This document shows positions 1-10,498 of a stretch of 64,000 nt of DNA, piece after piece; within the stretch, counting starts at the first letter, position 1; the number at the start of each line of letters is the position of its first letter. The stretch covers positions 7,775 through 71,774 of the forward strand of contig JARLGF010000140.1 in NCBI GenBank assembly GCA_031296165.1. The letters run 5' to 3'. Position numbers and translations under genes: made by a program. Origin of the DNA: Terracidiphilus sp. GTDB taxonomy: Bacteria; Acidobacteriota; Terriglobia; Terriglobales; Acidobacteriaceae. The notes under the pieces are model-generated. The model was not told the DNA's origin, did no database searches, and saw nothing but the letters and a program-made list of their open reading frames with translations.

Positions 1-98
1 TGGAACAACCGGAACGCCTGGCCGCCTGCTTTCCTGACAGCGCTCCGGCTACTGCGTGCAGCGAGGTCCCGGCGCCCGCCGTGTAGGCTGGCGCATTT

Positions 99-1481
99 GT
101 GATGCCTACCCCTGCCAATATGTTGTCCGCCACCTACATCGCACGGATGTTCAAAGGCGCCAGCGTCAATCGCCGCATCTTCCGCGCTGCCGTATCGGTC
201 AGCGCCGTGGGGATTCTGGTCAAACTTGTCGCAACATTCAAAGAGATTACAGTAGCCGGTGTCTATGGCCGCTCCGACGTGATGGATGCGTTTCTGGCGG
301 CGGCGCTGATTCCCGGTTTGTTGGTCAACCTGATCTCAGAGTCGATGAACCAGGCGTTGGTGCCCACGCTAATCCGGGTGAGGGAACAGGAGGGCCAGGA
401 CCGCGCCCAGCAACTGCTGTCGAGTTCGATGCTGTGGATGTGCCTGCTGCTGGGAGCGGTTTCGGCTGCAATGGCGTTGGCCGCGCACGGCTTCTTTCCG
501 CTGATTGCCTCGCACTTTCCAGCAGCCAAACTGGACCTCTCGATACGGCTCTTCTATGCTCTGCTACCGGTCGTGCTCATTACCGGCACCGCCACCAACT
601 GTACCGCCGTTCTGAACACCTTTGACCGCTTTGCGCTGCCGGCGCTGGCGCCGGTGGCGATCTCCCTGGCGATCATCGCAGGCACACTGCTGCTGAGCGG
701 CCGCTTCGGCATCTGGGCCATGGTCTATTCGACGCTTGCCGGTTCGCTGATTCATGCAGCGGTGGTGGCGTGGATGATGAACGAGCACGGTTACCGCTTC
801 CGCCTGCGCTGGTATGGAATGACCGAGGCTACGCGGGAGGTGGCGCGGCAGTATGGGCCGGTGCTGTTGAGTGGCGTGGTGTCTTCTTCCGGCTTTCTGG
901 TGGATCAGTCGATGGCGGCTATGCTGCCTGCGGGGAGTGTATCGGCGCTGGTGTATGCCAACCGCTTTGTGAGTGTGGTGTTGACGCTTATGGCAGGAGC
1001 GGTTTCAACGGCCGTGGTGCCTTACTTCTCACGCATGATCGCCCATCGGGACTGGGCTGGATGCCGGCACACGCTACACACCTGGATTCGCCTCACCGCC
1101 CTGGTTTCCGTGCCGATTACGGTGGCGCTAGTTGCCGGCGCGCACCTGCTGATCCGGATTGCGCTGCAGCATGGGGCGTTTGGATGGCGCGACACAGCCG
1201 TGGTAACCCCGGTGCTGGCCATGTATGCGCTGCAGATTCCGTTTTATGTCACCGGGCGGGTACTGAATCGCTTTCTGGTTGCCATGCGCCGCACCGATCT
1301 GATCTTCTACTGCGGTGCGCTCAACCTCATCCTGGACATTGTCCTGAATCTGATTCTGATGCGCTGGTTCGGCGTAGCCGGAATTGCGCTGGCCACCTCT
1401 CTCTGGACTGTAAGTTCGTTCCTGTTTCTTTGGTGCTGGACCTGGAGGGTTCTTCCCAAGGCTGCTGCCGAGACGGCATAA
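99..1481 (+). CDS. MurJ/MviN-family (MOP superfamily) lipid-linked oligosaccharide flippase
   Basis: 460 aa with many hydrophobic segments; MviN-like motifs (YGRSDVMDAF..A..IP, LVDQSMAAMLPAGSVSALVYANR, GVAGIALATSL). True start may be ATG at 120. Confidence 0.85.
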   Translation: MMPTPANMLSATYIARMFKGASVNRRIFRAAVSVSAVGILVKLVATFKEITVAGVYGRSDVMDAFLAAALIPGLLVNLISESMNQALVPTLIRVREQEGQDRAQQLLSSSMLWMCLLLGAVSAAMALAAHGFFPLIASHFPAAKLDLSIRLFYALLPVVLITGTATNCTAVLNTFDRFALPALAPVAISLAIIAGTLLLSGRFGIWAMVYSTLAGSLIHAAVVAWMMNEHGYRFRLRWYGMTEATREVARQYGPVLLSGVVSSSGFLVDQSMAAMLPAGSVSALVYANRFVSVVLTLMAGAVSTAVVPYFSRMIAHRDWAGCRHTLHTWIRLTALVSVPITVALVAGAHLLIRIALQHGAFGWRDTAVVTPVLAMYALQIPFYVTGRVLNRFLVAMRRTDLIFYCGALNLILDIVLNLILMRWFGVAGIALATSLWTVSSFLFLWCWTWRVLPKAAAETA

Positions 1482-1485
1482 GGAC

Positions 1486-2319
1486 ATGAAACAGGAGAAT
1501 GCACTCCCGCCGGCCCTGGGCAATGGAGGCAACTGCATGATACCTAAACCGGCCCAATATCTTCTTCGTTTCGACGATCTCTGTCCCACTGTCTCGCGTA
1601 CGCGATGGGAGCGGTTTCTGCCGTTGATCGAGGAGTTTGAAATCCGACCCATTCTCGCGGTGATTCCCGACAATCTGGACCACTCGCTGGAGCTTTCTCC
1701 GCCCGACCCTGAATTCTGGGCCGGGATGAGGGCGATGCAGACTGCCGGGGCCACGATTGGCCTACACGGTTACCAGCACATCTGCGACAGCCGGGGCCAA
1801 AGCCTGTTGGCGCTGCACCGCAGTTCGGAATTCGCGGGCGTTGCGGAAGGCGTGCAGCGGCAGTGGATTCGCGCCGGGCTGGAGATTCTCCGCGGACATG
1901 GACTCAACCCCAAGCTCTGGGTTGCGCCGCGCCATGGCTTCGACGGCAACACCCTGCGCGTGCTGCGCGAGCAGGGCATCCATGCCCTTTCCGACGGATT
2001 TTCCCGCGTTCCATATCGGCGTGGCGGATTGACCTGGATTCCGCAGCAGCTTTGGGAGCCCGTGGATAAGCCGAAGGGTCTTTGGACCATCTGTATCCAT
2101 CCCAATACAGCAGGGAGTTCACTTGTTATGCAGTTGCAATTGTTTCTTCGCCACCATGCTGCGCAGTTCACATCGGTGGAGCGGGTACTGGACGAACTTT
2201 GTCCCGGTGAGCTGAGTTGGGGCGAGCGGCTTTACGAGAAGTTGGCGCTCTGGCGCGCTCATGCTTCCCGTGCCAGAAAACGGGTCCGAAGCCGCAGGCA
2301 CCGGTCGAGTAGCAGCTAA
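1486..2319 (+). CDS. Polysaccharide deacetylase-like protein (DUF2334/CE4-like)
   Basis: LLRFDD, IGLHGYQH, SEFAG, WVAPRHGFD and ICIHP motifs typical of the NodB/CE4 fold. Likely start ATG 1537. Confidence 0.75.
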   Translation: MKQENALPPALGNGGNCMIPKPAQYLLRFDDLCPTVSRTRWERFLPLIEEFEIRPILAVIPDNLDHSLELSPPDPEFWAGMRAMQTAGATIGLHGYQHICDSRGQSLLALHRSSEFAGVAEGVQRQWIRAGLEILRGHGLNPKLWVAPRHGFDGNTLRVLREQGIHALSDGFSRVPYRRGGLTWIPQQLWEPVDKPKGLWTICIHPNTAGSSLVMQLQLFLRHHAAQFTSVERVLDELCPGELSWGERLYEKLALWRAHASRARKRVRSRRHRSSSS

Positions 2320-2609
2320 AACCACTCTGGAGTGTATGTACCGAAAAGCCTGATTTTCCTGCGATTTTTGCGTATTCAGGGAAGAAATTGGCCTTCTTTC
2401 ACGATAAATTGTCCATTTTCCTGGCTTTTTGTGGATCTGGGGAGAGCGCAGGACGGCTTCATCGGTACGGCCAGCTTTACGCGCGGCGGAGTGATTGTGG
2501 CGGGACAAGAAATGCTTACGGCGACAAGCTGTTCATGCGAGAGATCTGGCGGCTCACGCAGCCGCTTGAGGCTGCTTCATTAGTTCTTTCCAATACTTTC
2601 TGACCGCTT

Positions 2610-2626
2610 CTGGTCACATTTCTGCA
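2610..2626 (+). promoter_or_regulatory. Candidate sigma54 (-24/-12) promoter of the fli/flh operon
   Basis: CTGGTCACATTTCTGCA: GG(2612-13)-N10-GC(2624-25), just upstream of the first flagellar gene. Confidence 0.55.
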
Positions 2627-2641
2627 TAGATCCTAAGCAAC

Positions 2642-3013
2642 ATGGCTACTTCACATCCACTGCCGGCAACGGCAACCGGGCAACTGCGCGAGACAACCAA
2701 ACCGGAAGCAGTTACGAGCGCCGAGGCTGCCGGCGAACAGGCCCTGGTGCCCTTATCGGTTCCGCAGGAAGAGAGCGAGATTCTTGCGCTGAACCCTTCG
2801 GTTGCGCGCCTTCCGGTGGAACTGGACGTTACGATTCCGGTTCGTGAGTTTCGTGTGCGCTCCCTGCTGGCCCTGGAACCCGGCCAGTTAATCGAGTCGC
2901 AATGGGGAAACGGAGACGATGTGCCTCTGGCCTCAGGAGACGTGCAATTGGCCTGGTGCGAATTCGAGGTGGTGGATACGCAATTGGCGATAAGGCTGAC
3001 ACGGCTGGTTTAA
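2642..3013 (+). CDS. FliM/FliN C-terminal (SPOA) domain protein
   Basis: LPVELDVTIP..LLALEPGQLIE..GDDVPL..LAWCEFEVVDTQLAIRLTRL is a SPOA pattern; first gene of the export operon. Confidence 0.8.
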   Translation: MATSHPLPATATGQLRETTKPEAVTSAEAAGEQALVPLSVPQEESEILALNPSVARLPVELDVTIPVREFRVRSLLALEPGQLIESQWGNGDDVPLASGDVQLAWCEFEVVDTQLAIRLTRLV

Positions 3014-3026
3014 GCCGTACGGATAT

Positions 3027-3371
3027 TTGATTCACCAAGAGAGACAGGAGATAGACCGGGAAATGAACCAGGAAGAGACAGTGAGAGAGGCGTTGACCAC
3101 TCCGCGGACCGGCGGGCTGACCGGCTGGCTGCTGGGCAGGTTGCGCGTGACGCGCCGCCCGCCTCCGCGGCTGGAGCTGCTGGAACGCATCGCGCTCGCT
3201 CCCCGGCAGTCGCTGGCTCTGGTGGAGGCCGAGGGCCGCCGCTTTCTGGTGGCGACTTCCGCCGAAGGTGGGCCGGCCTTCTATGCACTCGATGAAAAGA
3301 CACGCACGGCTGGTTTCGTTCCTGGAGCTGCGCGCCCGGCCACGCAACGCTCTGCGAGGGTTTCATGGTAG
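3027..3371 (+). CDS. fliO: Flagellar biogenesis protein FliO-like
   Basis: LELLERIALAPRQSLALVEAEGRRFLVATS resembles the FliO cytoplasmic domain; directly before fliP. Likely start ATG 3063. Confidence 0.75.
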   Translation: MIHQERQEIDREMNQEETVREALTTPRTGGLTGWLLGRLRVTRRPPPRLELLERIALAPRQSLALVEAEGRRFLVATSAEGGPAFYALDEKTRTAGFVPGAARPATQRSARVSW

Positions 3372-4072
3372 CCCTGTGGGCCGTGGCCCGGGTGGCCGCC
3401 GCTGCGCCCGCGCCGTTGCTGCCCGATCTGAGTACCCGTTTGCACGCCTCGGACTCGACTCCCTGGACGATTCTCTTTGTCCTCACACTGATTACCCTGC
3501 TGCCCGCGATTCTGATGTGCATGACCCCGCTGGTGCGCCTGCTGGTGGTCTTTCACTTTCTGCGCCAGGCGCTGGGCACCCAGACCGCACCTTCCAATCC
3601 CACGCTGATGGGCCTGGCCCTGATGATGACCTGGTTTCTTATGACGCCGGTGCTCAACCAGGTGGACCAGCAGGCCGTGGAGCCCTACCGTGCCGGACAA
3701 GTGACAGGCATGGAGGCCATCGATCGCGGAGCGCAGCCGGTGAAGCGCTTCCTGCTGCGCTACGCACGGGAGAAGGACCTGGCTCTGTTTACCGCCGCGG
3801 GACAGTTTCCCCGGCCGAACAAACCCGACGACCTGCCCATGCAGGTGGTGATTCCGGCCTACATTCTCTCCGAACTGAAGGCAGGCTTTGCCATTGGCGC
3901 AGTGCTCTATCTTCCGTTCCTTCTGATCGACATGGTTACCGCTTCGATCACCACCTCGATCGGCATGTTCCAGTTGCCGCCGGTCGTGGTATCGACGCCG
4001 CTAAAGATTTTGCTGTTTGTGATGGTGGATGGCTGGAACCTGCTGGCCGGTTCGCTACTGAAGAGTTTCTGA
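3365..4072 (+). CDS. fliP: Flagellar export apparatus protein FliP
   Basis: LRQALGTQTAPSN, PAYILSELKAGF, LPFLLIDMVTAS, PLKILLFVMVDGW. Confidence 0.97.
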   Translation: MVALWAVARVAAAAPAPLLPDLSTRLHASDSTPWTILFVLTLITLLPAILMCMTPLVRLLVVFHFLRQALGTQTAPSNPTLMGLALMMTWFLMTPVLNQVDQQAVEPYRAGQVTGMEAIDRGAQPVKRFLLRYAREKDLALFTAAGQFPRPNKPDDLPMQVVIPAYILSELKAGFAIGAVLYLPFLLIDMVTASITTSIGMFQLPPVVVSTPLKILLFVMVDGWNLLAGSLLKSF

Positions 4073-4082
4073 GGGGATTCAA

Positions 4083-4352
4083 ATGACGCCTGATATGGTT
4101 GCCGAATTAATGCGCCAACTGATGAGAGAGTCCATGATTGTGGCCGCGCCCCTGCTGATTGCCGCGGCAATGCTGAGTTTTGTGCTGAGCCTGGTGCAGA
4201 CCCTGACCAGCCTGCAGGAGCAGTCGCTGACCAGCGTTCCCAGGCTGGGCGCGATCGCCATGATTTTGCTTGTCGGGATGCCCTGGTTTCTGGGCCGTCT
4301 GGCGGCCTATACCCGGTTGCTGCTGAGCGATTTCCATCGTTACCTGGGATAG
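4083..4352 (+). CDS. fliQ: Flagellar export protein FliQ
   Basis: 89 aa, SLVQTLTSLQEQSLTSVPRL motif, between fliP and fliR. Confidence 0.95.
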   Translation: MTPDMVAELMRQLMRESMIVAAPLLIAAAMLSFVLSLVQTLTSLQEQSLTSVPRLGAIAMILLVGMPWFLGRLAAYTRLLLSDFHRYLG

Positions 4353-4407
4353 CCGGCGTTGTGCCAGACACGATCCGATAACCCCGCTAACCCCGCAGAA
4401 GAGGAAG

Positions 4408-5217
4408 ATGCCAATGCCGCACGGAAACCAGTTGGAGTGGACAGGCTTTTTGAGTGCCATGACTCTGGTCTTGGTGCGGGTGAGCGGGATGGTGGCTTTT
4501 GCCCCTTTCTTTTCTTCGACCGCGCTGCCAATGCGCGTGAAGGCGGTCTTTGTGGGGGTCGTGGCGTACCTGCTGGCTCCGCTGGTGGCCGCATTGCCCC
4601 ACGCGCAGGCGGTGCTCAGCTTCTCCGCCTTGCTGGGCGAGCTGTCCGTGGGCCTGGTCTATGGGCTGATTCTTACCCTGCTCAACGAAATGCTTATGTT
4701 TGCCGGTCAGATAGCCGGGATGCAGTTCAGCTTTTCGCTGGTCAATCTCATGGACCCCGCTTCGTCGATCCAGACACCGCTGCTGGGCGAGCTGTTTCAA
4801 CTGATGGGCACGCTTGTGGTGCTTGGGGCCGGCCTGGACCGGATTCTTCTGGCCTCGATGGTGCGCAGCTTTCACGCGGCGCCGCTAGGCTGCTATGCGC
4901 TGGCGCCGTCCACCGCGCTGGCCATTGTGCGCGCCGCCAGCGGCATCTTTCTGGCCGCCGTGGAGTTGGCTGCGCCGGTGCTGGCCGCGACCATGCTGCT
5001 CGAGGTCGCCGTGTCCCTGCTGGGCAAGCTCAGCCCGCAGTTGCCGGTGATGAACCTGACCGTGCCGCTCAAGACGCTGACTGGTTTTGTCATACTGAGT
5101 GGCTCGCTGGCCCTGTGGCCGCGCTTCATCGAGGTTCGCTTTGCGAGTCTGCTCGACCTGGCCGAGCGGCTGATTGCCACGCCCGGCGCAGGCCCGGGCA
5201 TCGGGCTGGGAGGATAG
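4408..5217 (+). CDS. fliR: Flagellar export protein FliR
   Basis: RVSGMVAFAPFF, AGQIAGMQFSFS, LGKLSPQLPV..PLK; hydrophobic. Confidence 0.95.
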   Translation: MPMPHGNQLEWTGFLSAMTLVLVRVSGMVAFAPFFSSTALPMRVKAVFVGVVAYLLAPLVAALPHAQAVLSFSALLGELSVGLVYGLILTLLNEMLMFAGQIAGMQFSFSLVNLMDPASSIQTPLLGELFQLMGTLVVLGAGLDRILLASMVRSFHAAPLGCYALAPSTALAIVRAASGIFLAAVELAAPVLAATMLLEVAVSLLGKLSPQLPVMNLTVPLKTLTGFVILSGSLALWPRFIEVRFASLLDLAERLIATPGAGPGIGLGG

Positions 5218-5220
5218 CCG

Positions 5221-6387
5221 ATGGCCGGAGAGCGCACCGAACAGGCAACCCAGCATCGCCGTGAGCAAGCTCGTAAGGAAGGCGATATTCTGCACAGCCG
5301 CGAGCTGACGTCGGCTGCGGGAACCCTGGCCGGAGTTATGGTGCTGGGAGCGCTGGGCAGCCACATTCTGCTCGCCTGGCGGGGGACCTTTGCCGCCTTT
5401 CTCGCTCTCGGGGCGCCGGCTCACTGGGAGCCCTCCGAGATTGAGCCCACGCTCTATGCCGTGCGCCGGCTGTCGCTTGCCGTACTCGGACCGCCGGGCG
5501 TGATTATGGCGGCAGTGGCGGCAGCTGCACTCGGAGTAGGAGTCCTGCAGACCGGCGGGGTCAATTTCTATGCCGGAGCGGTCGGCTTCAAGCTGGACCG
5601 TCTCAATCCCATCTCGAACGTCAAGAACCTGTTCAGTCTGCGCGCCGCGGCGCGGCTGGCCAAGTCGCTCATTCCCGCCAGCATGTTGGCTGTTTTTGCC
5701 GTGCAGCGCATTGCCCGCCAGTTGTCCATTCCGCCGTTTTCAACCGAGCGGCTGGAACTGCTTGGCTCGGACATCTATGGGCTCCTGCTGGCTACCTCCT
5801 GGCTGCTTTTCGGCTGGTCGGCCATCGACTACCTGGTGGAATGGCAGAACCGCGAGTCGCGGCTGAAGATGAGCAAACAGGATATGCGCGAGGAGATGAA
5901 GCAGACCGAGGGCAATCCTCAGATTCGCGGCCGCATCCGCAGTCTGCAGCGCCAGATGCGCCGGCGCCGGGTCAAGAACGACGTCTCACGCGCCGCCGTG
6001 GTGCTGGTCAATCCCACCCACTATGCCGTGGCCCTGGGCTTCGACTTTACCACCATGGAAGCGCCGAAGGTGATGGCCAAGGGCCGCAATCTCCTGGCCG
6101 AGGAGATCAAGGCCGAGGCCCGCTGGGCAGGAGTGCCAATCATCGAGAACCCGCCGCTGGCCCGTTCTCTCTATCGGTCGGTCGAGGTGGGCCAGGCGAT
6201 TCCTGTCGATCTTTATGCCGCCGTAGCCGCAATCCTAGCCTATCTCTATCGCCAGCGGGTGGAAACAGAGCTCAGGGAGCGCCGCGCCCGCGAAGCCGCC
6301 GAGCGCGCCCGGGCGCAGGCTCAGGCGGCCGCCGGATTCAGACGCCCCGGTCCTGCCGCTCCACCGTTCAAGGGAGGTTCCCGATGA
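5221..6387 (+). CDS. flhB: Flagellar export switch protein FlhB
   Basis: ERTEQAT..RKEG, KMSKQDMREEMKQTEGNP, NPTH autocleavage motif, ENPPLARSLY. Confidence 0.97.
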   Translation: MAGERTEQATQHRREQARKEGDILHSRELTSAAGTLAGVMVLGALGSHILLAWRGTFAAFLALGAPAHWEPSEIEPTLYAVRRLSLAVLGPPGVIMAAVAAAALGVGVLQTGGVNFYAGAVGFKLDRLNPISNVKNLFSLRAAARLAKSLIPASMLAVFAVQRIARQLSIPPFSTERLELLGSDIYGLLLATSWLLFGWSAIDYLVEWQNRESRLKMSKQDMREEMKQTEGNPQIRGRIRSLQRQMRRRRVKNDVSRAAVVLVNPTHYAVALGFDFTTMEAPKVMAKGRNLLAEEIKAEARWAGVPIIENPPLARSLYRSVEVGQAIPVDLYAAVAAILAYLYRQRVETELRERRAREAAERARAQAQAAAGFRRPGPAAPPFKGGSR

Positions 6388-8486
6388 GCACCACTGCCCT
6401 GGCGGCAGGCTCGCTGCCTGCCCAATCGATCTGGCACCGGCTGCGCGAATACGTGCTGCCCCTGGCATCAATCAGCGTGATCTTTGTCATGCTGGTGCCG
6501 CTGCCGGCCGCGGCACTGGACTTCCTGCTGGCGCTCTCGATGGCGGCCTCGATCATCGTCTTCCTCTCCGCGGTGCAGATCCGCCGGGCGGTAGAGCTTT
6601 CGGTCTTTCCCACGCTGCTGCTGCTGCTTACCCTTTTCCGGCTGGCCCTGAATATTGCCTCCAGCCGCCGCATCCTGCTGCACGGACAGGAGGGCACGGC
6701 CGCTGCCGGCAAGGTGATCGAAGCTTTCGGCCAGTTTGTGGTGGGCGGCAACTACGTGGTTGGTTTCGTGCTCTTCCTGGCCTTGATCGCCATTCAATTC
6801 CTGGTGGTTTCGCACGGCGCGGTCCGAACCGCCGAGGTCACTGCCCGATTTACACTCGACGCGCTGCCCGGCAAGCAGATGGCCATCGACGCCGACATGA
6901 ATGCCGGTCTGATCGATGAGCTCGAGGCCCGGCGGCGCCGTCAGGCGATCGCCCGCGAGGCCGAGTTCTACGGAGCGATGGACGGCGCGGCCCGGTTCAA
7001 CCAGCGCGATTCGCTGGCCACGATTCTGATTACCGGCATCAACATCATCGCCGGCCTGTTGATTGGCACATTGCAGCAGGGCGTTGAACTCTCCGAGGCA
7101 GCACGTACCTATACGGTACTGACGGTGGGCGACGGTCTGGTCACCATCATTCCCTCCCTGCTGGTCTCGATCGCCTGCGGCATCACCCTGACGAGGGCCA
7201 ATTCGTCCGGGCTGCTGGGCGGCGAAATCCGCCAGCAGTTGCTGGCCAAGCCAGCCACACTGTATCTGGCCAGCCTGGTCTCAGGGACGATGTGCCTGGT
7301 GCCGGGGCTGCCCAAAATTGCATTTCTCACTGTTGCTGTTGGTCTCTACTGGGGCGGGCGCCGCGTCTCCGCCCTTGCTCCGGTGGCAGCGCCGGCCGAA
7401 CAGGGGCCCGGCGAGAAGAAGAAGACCGAGCAGGCGCAGGGCTCCGACCTGGCCCAGTTGTTGCGCCTCGAGGAACTGACCCTTGAGATCGGCTTCCAGT
7501 TAATTCCGCTGGTGGATGAAAAACAGGGCGGCCAACTGCTAAGCCGAGTCCGTTCTCTGCGCCGCCATCTGTCTTCCGAGATGGGCTTTCTGGTGCCTCC
7601 CGTGCACATTTCGGACAATCTGCGCCTCCGTCCCCGCGAATATCTCTTTTCGTTGCGCGGCATCGAGATCGGCCGCTGGCAGACCGAGGGACAGCATCTG
7701 CTGGCAGTTTCGGGCGACCCGGGCCGCCGGCCTCTGGCCGGCAAGGAAGCGCGCGAACCGGCGTTTGGCGTGCCTGCTATCTGGATTGCACCCGCTCTGG
7801 AAGACCAGGCGATCGCTGCCGGATACTCGGTCGTGGACGCGGTTACGGTTATCACCACCCATCTGGGCGAACTGATCCGCCAGCACGCCTACGAGCTGCT
7901 GGGCCGGGCAGAGACCAAGCGTCTGCTGGACTCGCTCAATGACAGCCATCCCAAGCTGATGGAGGAGTTGGTGCCCAAGCTGCTGACCTTGGGCGAGGTG
8001 GGCCGGGTTCTGGAGCAGTTGCTGCGCGAGCGGGTGACGATCCGCGACCTGGGCTCCATTCTCGAAGCATTGCTGGAGACCGCGCCGGTGAACAAGAACC
8101 TGGTGGTCTTGGTTGAGGCCGCTCGTCAGGCGCTGGGACGGCGGCTGATTCGTCCCCTGCTCGATGGCGAAGGCCAGTTGCCGGTTCTGTTGCTGGACCC
8201 GGCGCTTGAGGAGGAGATCCTCACCACCCTGTCGCCAGACACAGGGCAGCGGATGCTGGTCTCTGCCGCGTCCCCAGGGACGCCGTTGGTCCGGCGCCTC
8301 ACCGATTCTTTGAGGCAACTTATCGGCGCCAACTCCGCCGCGGCCATTCCCGTGCTTCTTTGTCCCAGTCCGGCGCGCTATCACGTCAAGCGCTGGCTGG
8401 AACCGGTGCTGCCCCGTCTGGCGGTGATTGCCGCCGGAGAGATTCCGCCCGAAACCCGTTTGCGCCCGGTGGGGACGGTGCACTGA
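6384..8486 (+). CDS. flhA: Flagellar export protein FlhA
   Basis: FPTLLL..TLFRL, AEVTARFTLDALPGKQMAIDAD, FYGAMDGA, VGDGLV. ATG 6384 overlaps the flhB stop (ATGA) with GGAGG upstream, so the track start at 5841 is too long. Confidence 0.97.
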   Translation: MSTTALAAGSLPAQSIWHRLREYVLPLASISVIFVMLVPLPAAALDFLLALSMAASIIVFLSAVQIRRAVELSVFPTLLLLLTLFRLALNIASSRRILLHGQEGTAAAGKVIEAFGQFVVGGNYVVGFVLFLALIAIQFLVVSHGAVRTAEVTARFTLDALPGKQMAIDADMNAGLIDELEARRRRQAIAREAEFYGAMDGAARFNQRDSLATILITGINIIAGLLIGTLQQGVELSEAARTYTVLTVGDGLVTIIPSLLVSIACGITLTRANSSGLLGGEIRQQLLAKPATLYLASLVSGTMCLVPGLPKIAFLTVAVGLYWGGRRVSALAPVAAPAEQGPGEKKKTEQAQGSDLAQLLRLEELTLEIGFQLIPLVDEKQGGQLLSRVRSLRRHLSSEMGFLVPPVHISDNLRLRPREYLFSLRGIEIGRWQTEGQHLLAVSGDPGRRPLAGKEAREPAFGVPAIWIAPALEDQAIAAGYSVVDAVTVITTHLGELIRQHAYELLGRAETKRLLDSLNDSHPKLMEELVPKLLTLGEVGRVLEQLLRERVTIRDLGSILEALLETAPVNKNLVVLVEAARQALGRRLIRPLLDGEGQLPVLLLDPALEEEILTTLSPDTGQRMLVSAASPGTPLVRRLTDSLRQLIGANSAAAIPVLLCPSPARYHVKRWLEPVLPRLAVIAAGEIPPETRLRPVGTVH

Positions 8487-8582
8487 GAAGTCATAGTTGG
8501 CTGGAAAGAGCGGTTACAGAGCAGAAAAGCGGGCAGCAGGAAGAGAAACATACAACGATTCAGAGTCCGGTGAAGGGGCGGG

Positions 8583-9440
8583 ATGGGGATGGAAACAATG
8601 GCCATGGCGGAAAACCAGAGAGGAATGCGCAGGGGAATGGCCGGAGGCGGATATCCGCCCGCAGCGGCTGCGAGCCCGATGTTGACAGGCGAGCAGGAGC
8701 GGATACTGCTTGAGCATTTGCCGATCGTCCGTTTTTTAGCTCGGCGCATTCACGAGCGGCTGCCTCAGCATGTAGACATCGAGGATCTGGTCTCGGCCGG
8801 GGTGGTGGGGCTCATGGATGCCTTTTCCAAGTTTGACTCGACCAAGAATGTGCAGTTCCGCAGCTATGCACAGTTCCGCATCCGCGGCGCCATTCTGGAC
8901 AGCTTGCGGACCCTGGACTGGAGCCCGCGCGAACTGCGCCGCAAGGGCCGCGCTGTCGAAGAGGCCATACGGGCGCTGACGGCTCGGCTGGGCCACGCGC
9001 CGGGCGAGGGCGAGGTTGCCGCGGAGATGGCGCTGGGCCTTGACGAGTATCAGCAGTTGCTCGGCGATCTCAAGGGGCTGGAGATCGGCACGCTGCACAT
9101 GGAGCGCAACGAGGACTCAGGCGAAGAAGAACTGGCCTATGTGCCAGGCCGTCCCGAGGAGGACCCGCTCTTCCGTTGCCTCAGGGGAGAGCTGGAAGAA
9201 CGGCTTGCCGACGCCATTGCCCATCTTCCCGACCGGGAGCGCCTGGTGATGAGCCTTTACTACTACGAAGAGATGACCATGCGCGAGATCGGCCTGGCGC
9301 TGGGGGTGGTCGAGTCGCGGGTCTCCCAGGTGCACGCCTCGGCGGTGGTGCATCTGCGCAGCGCGCTGCGCGACCTGGCCGGAAGCGGAACGCTCAATCG
9401 CGGCCGGACGCGCAAAACATCGGATCGGGCGAAGCGCTGA
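8583..9440 (+). CDS. fliA: Flagellar sigma factor sigma28 (FliA/WhiG)
   Basis: EDLVSAGVVGLMDA, RIRGAILDSLRTLDW, LYYYEEMTMREIG..LGVVESRVSQ. Confidence 0.96.
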   Translation: MGMETMAMAENQRGMRRGMAGGGYPPAAAASPMLTGEQERILLEHLPIVRFLARRIHERLPQHVDIEDLVSAGVVGLMDAFSKFDSTKNVQFRSYAQFRIRGAILDSLRTLDWSPRELRRKGRAVEEAIRALTARLGHAPGEGEVAAEMALGLDEYQQLLGDLKGLEIGTLHMERNEDSGEEELAYVPGRPEEDPLFRCLRGELEERLADAIAHLPDRERLVMSLYYYEEMTMREIGLALGVVESRVSQVHASAVVHLRSALRDLAGSGTLNRGRTRKTSDRAKR

Positions 9441-9532
9441 GCGGGTTGGGCGAGGGACGACTCGGCCTTTAGAGAGAACGCAACGAAAATGAGGGCAATC
9501 AGGATGGAGAGCAGGGGAAGAGGCGGTGAGCA

Positions 9533-10498
9533 ATGATGGAAAAGACCCTCAAACAGGATGAGATCGACGCCCTATTTCAGGCTGCCCGGTCCTCGGCGCC
9601 CGAGGCCGAGCGTGCCGAAGTGCGAGCCCGGGTCGTGCCCTACAACTTCTCCTCGGCCGGGCAGATATCGACCGAACAGTTGCGCGCCATCAGCATGTTG
9701 AATGATCTTTTCGCCCGCAACCTGACGCATAATCTGGCCGCCTGGCTGCGTACCCGGTTTCAGGTCAACCTGGTTTCCGCCGAGCAGATCCAGTTCAACG
9801 AATTTCTGCTGCGCATTCCCGAAATCAGCTACGTGGCTTCAGTGCGCCTGGAACCTCTGGGTGCGCTCTCGGTACTGCAACTGGACCTGGGATTGGCGCC
9901 TCCGATCATCGATCTGCTGTTGGGCGGCGAGGGCAAGGACGGTCCCTTGCGCGAGCTCACCGACATCGAGGAGTCTATCCTGGGCAGCGTGGTCGAGATC
10001 ATCTGCCGTGAACTGACCGCAGCCTGGCAGCCAGTGGGTCTGAGTTTCAACTTCGAGCGGCGTCAGATGCAGACCCAGGTGGCGCGTATCATGTCGGTCA
10101 CGGAGAAAACCCTCTGCCTTAGCTTCGAGATTCGCATGCCGCACAGCTCGGGCTTGCTCAATCTGGCCTTTCCCGCTGTCGTGGCCAACACTATCCTGCG
10201 CCGCCTGACCTCGGACTGGGGACGCCGCCGCCGCCACGCCGGGGAGATCCGGGAACGGATGGAAGCCGCAGTGCGCCGCATCCACTTTGGCGGTTCTCTA
10301 CAGTTGCCCACGGTGCGCCTGCCGGCAAGCGCCATAGAAAATCTGGAGCCGGGCTCCATTCTCCGCCTGGACCTGCCCGCCAATACTGTTCCTGTCTGGC
10401 GGGTAGGCGGCCAAACCCTGTCCCCGGCGCAGGTCATCCGCCAGGGGCATCACCGCGGAGCCCGCATGGAGCGCCAGACGAGGGAGACGGAAGCATGA
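9533..10498 (+). CDS. fliM: Flagellar motor switch protein FliM
   Basis: N-terminal CheY-binding LKQDEIDALF, ELTDIE motif, C-terminal SPOA. Confidence 0.93.
   Translation: MMEKTLKQDEIDALFQAARSSAPEAERAEVRARVVPYNFSSAGQISTEQLRAISMLNDLFARNLTHNLAAWLRTRFQVNLVSAEQIQFNEFLLRIPEISYVASVRLEPLGALSVLQLDLGLAPPIIDLLLGGEGKDGPLRELTDIEESILGSVVEIICRELTAAWQPVGLSFNFERRQMQTQVARIMSVTEKTLCLSFEIRMPHSSGLLNLAFPAVVANTILRRLTSDWGRRRRHAGEIRERMEAAVRRIHFGGSLQLPTVRLPASAIENLEPGSILRLDLPANTVPVWRVGGQTLSPAQVIRQGHHRGARMERQTRETEA

Noticed and set aside
5841-6383. 181 aa N-terminal extension of FlhA in the ORF track
   Set aside because: It overlaps flhB in another frame; ATG 6384 has an RBS and ATGA coupling.
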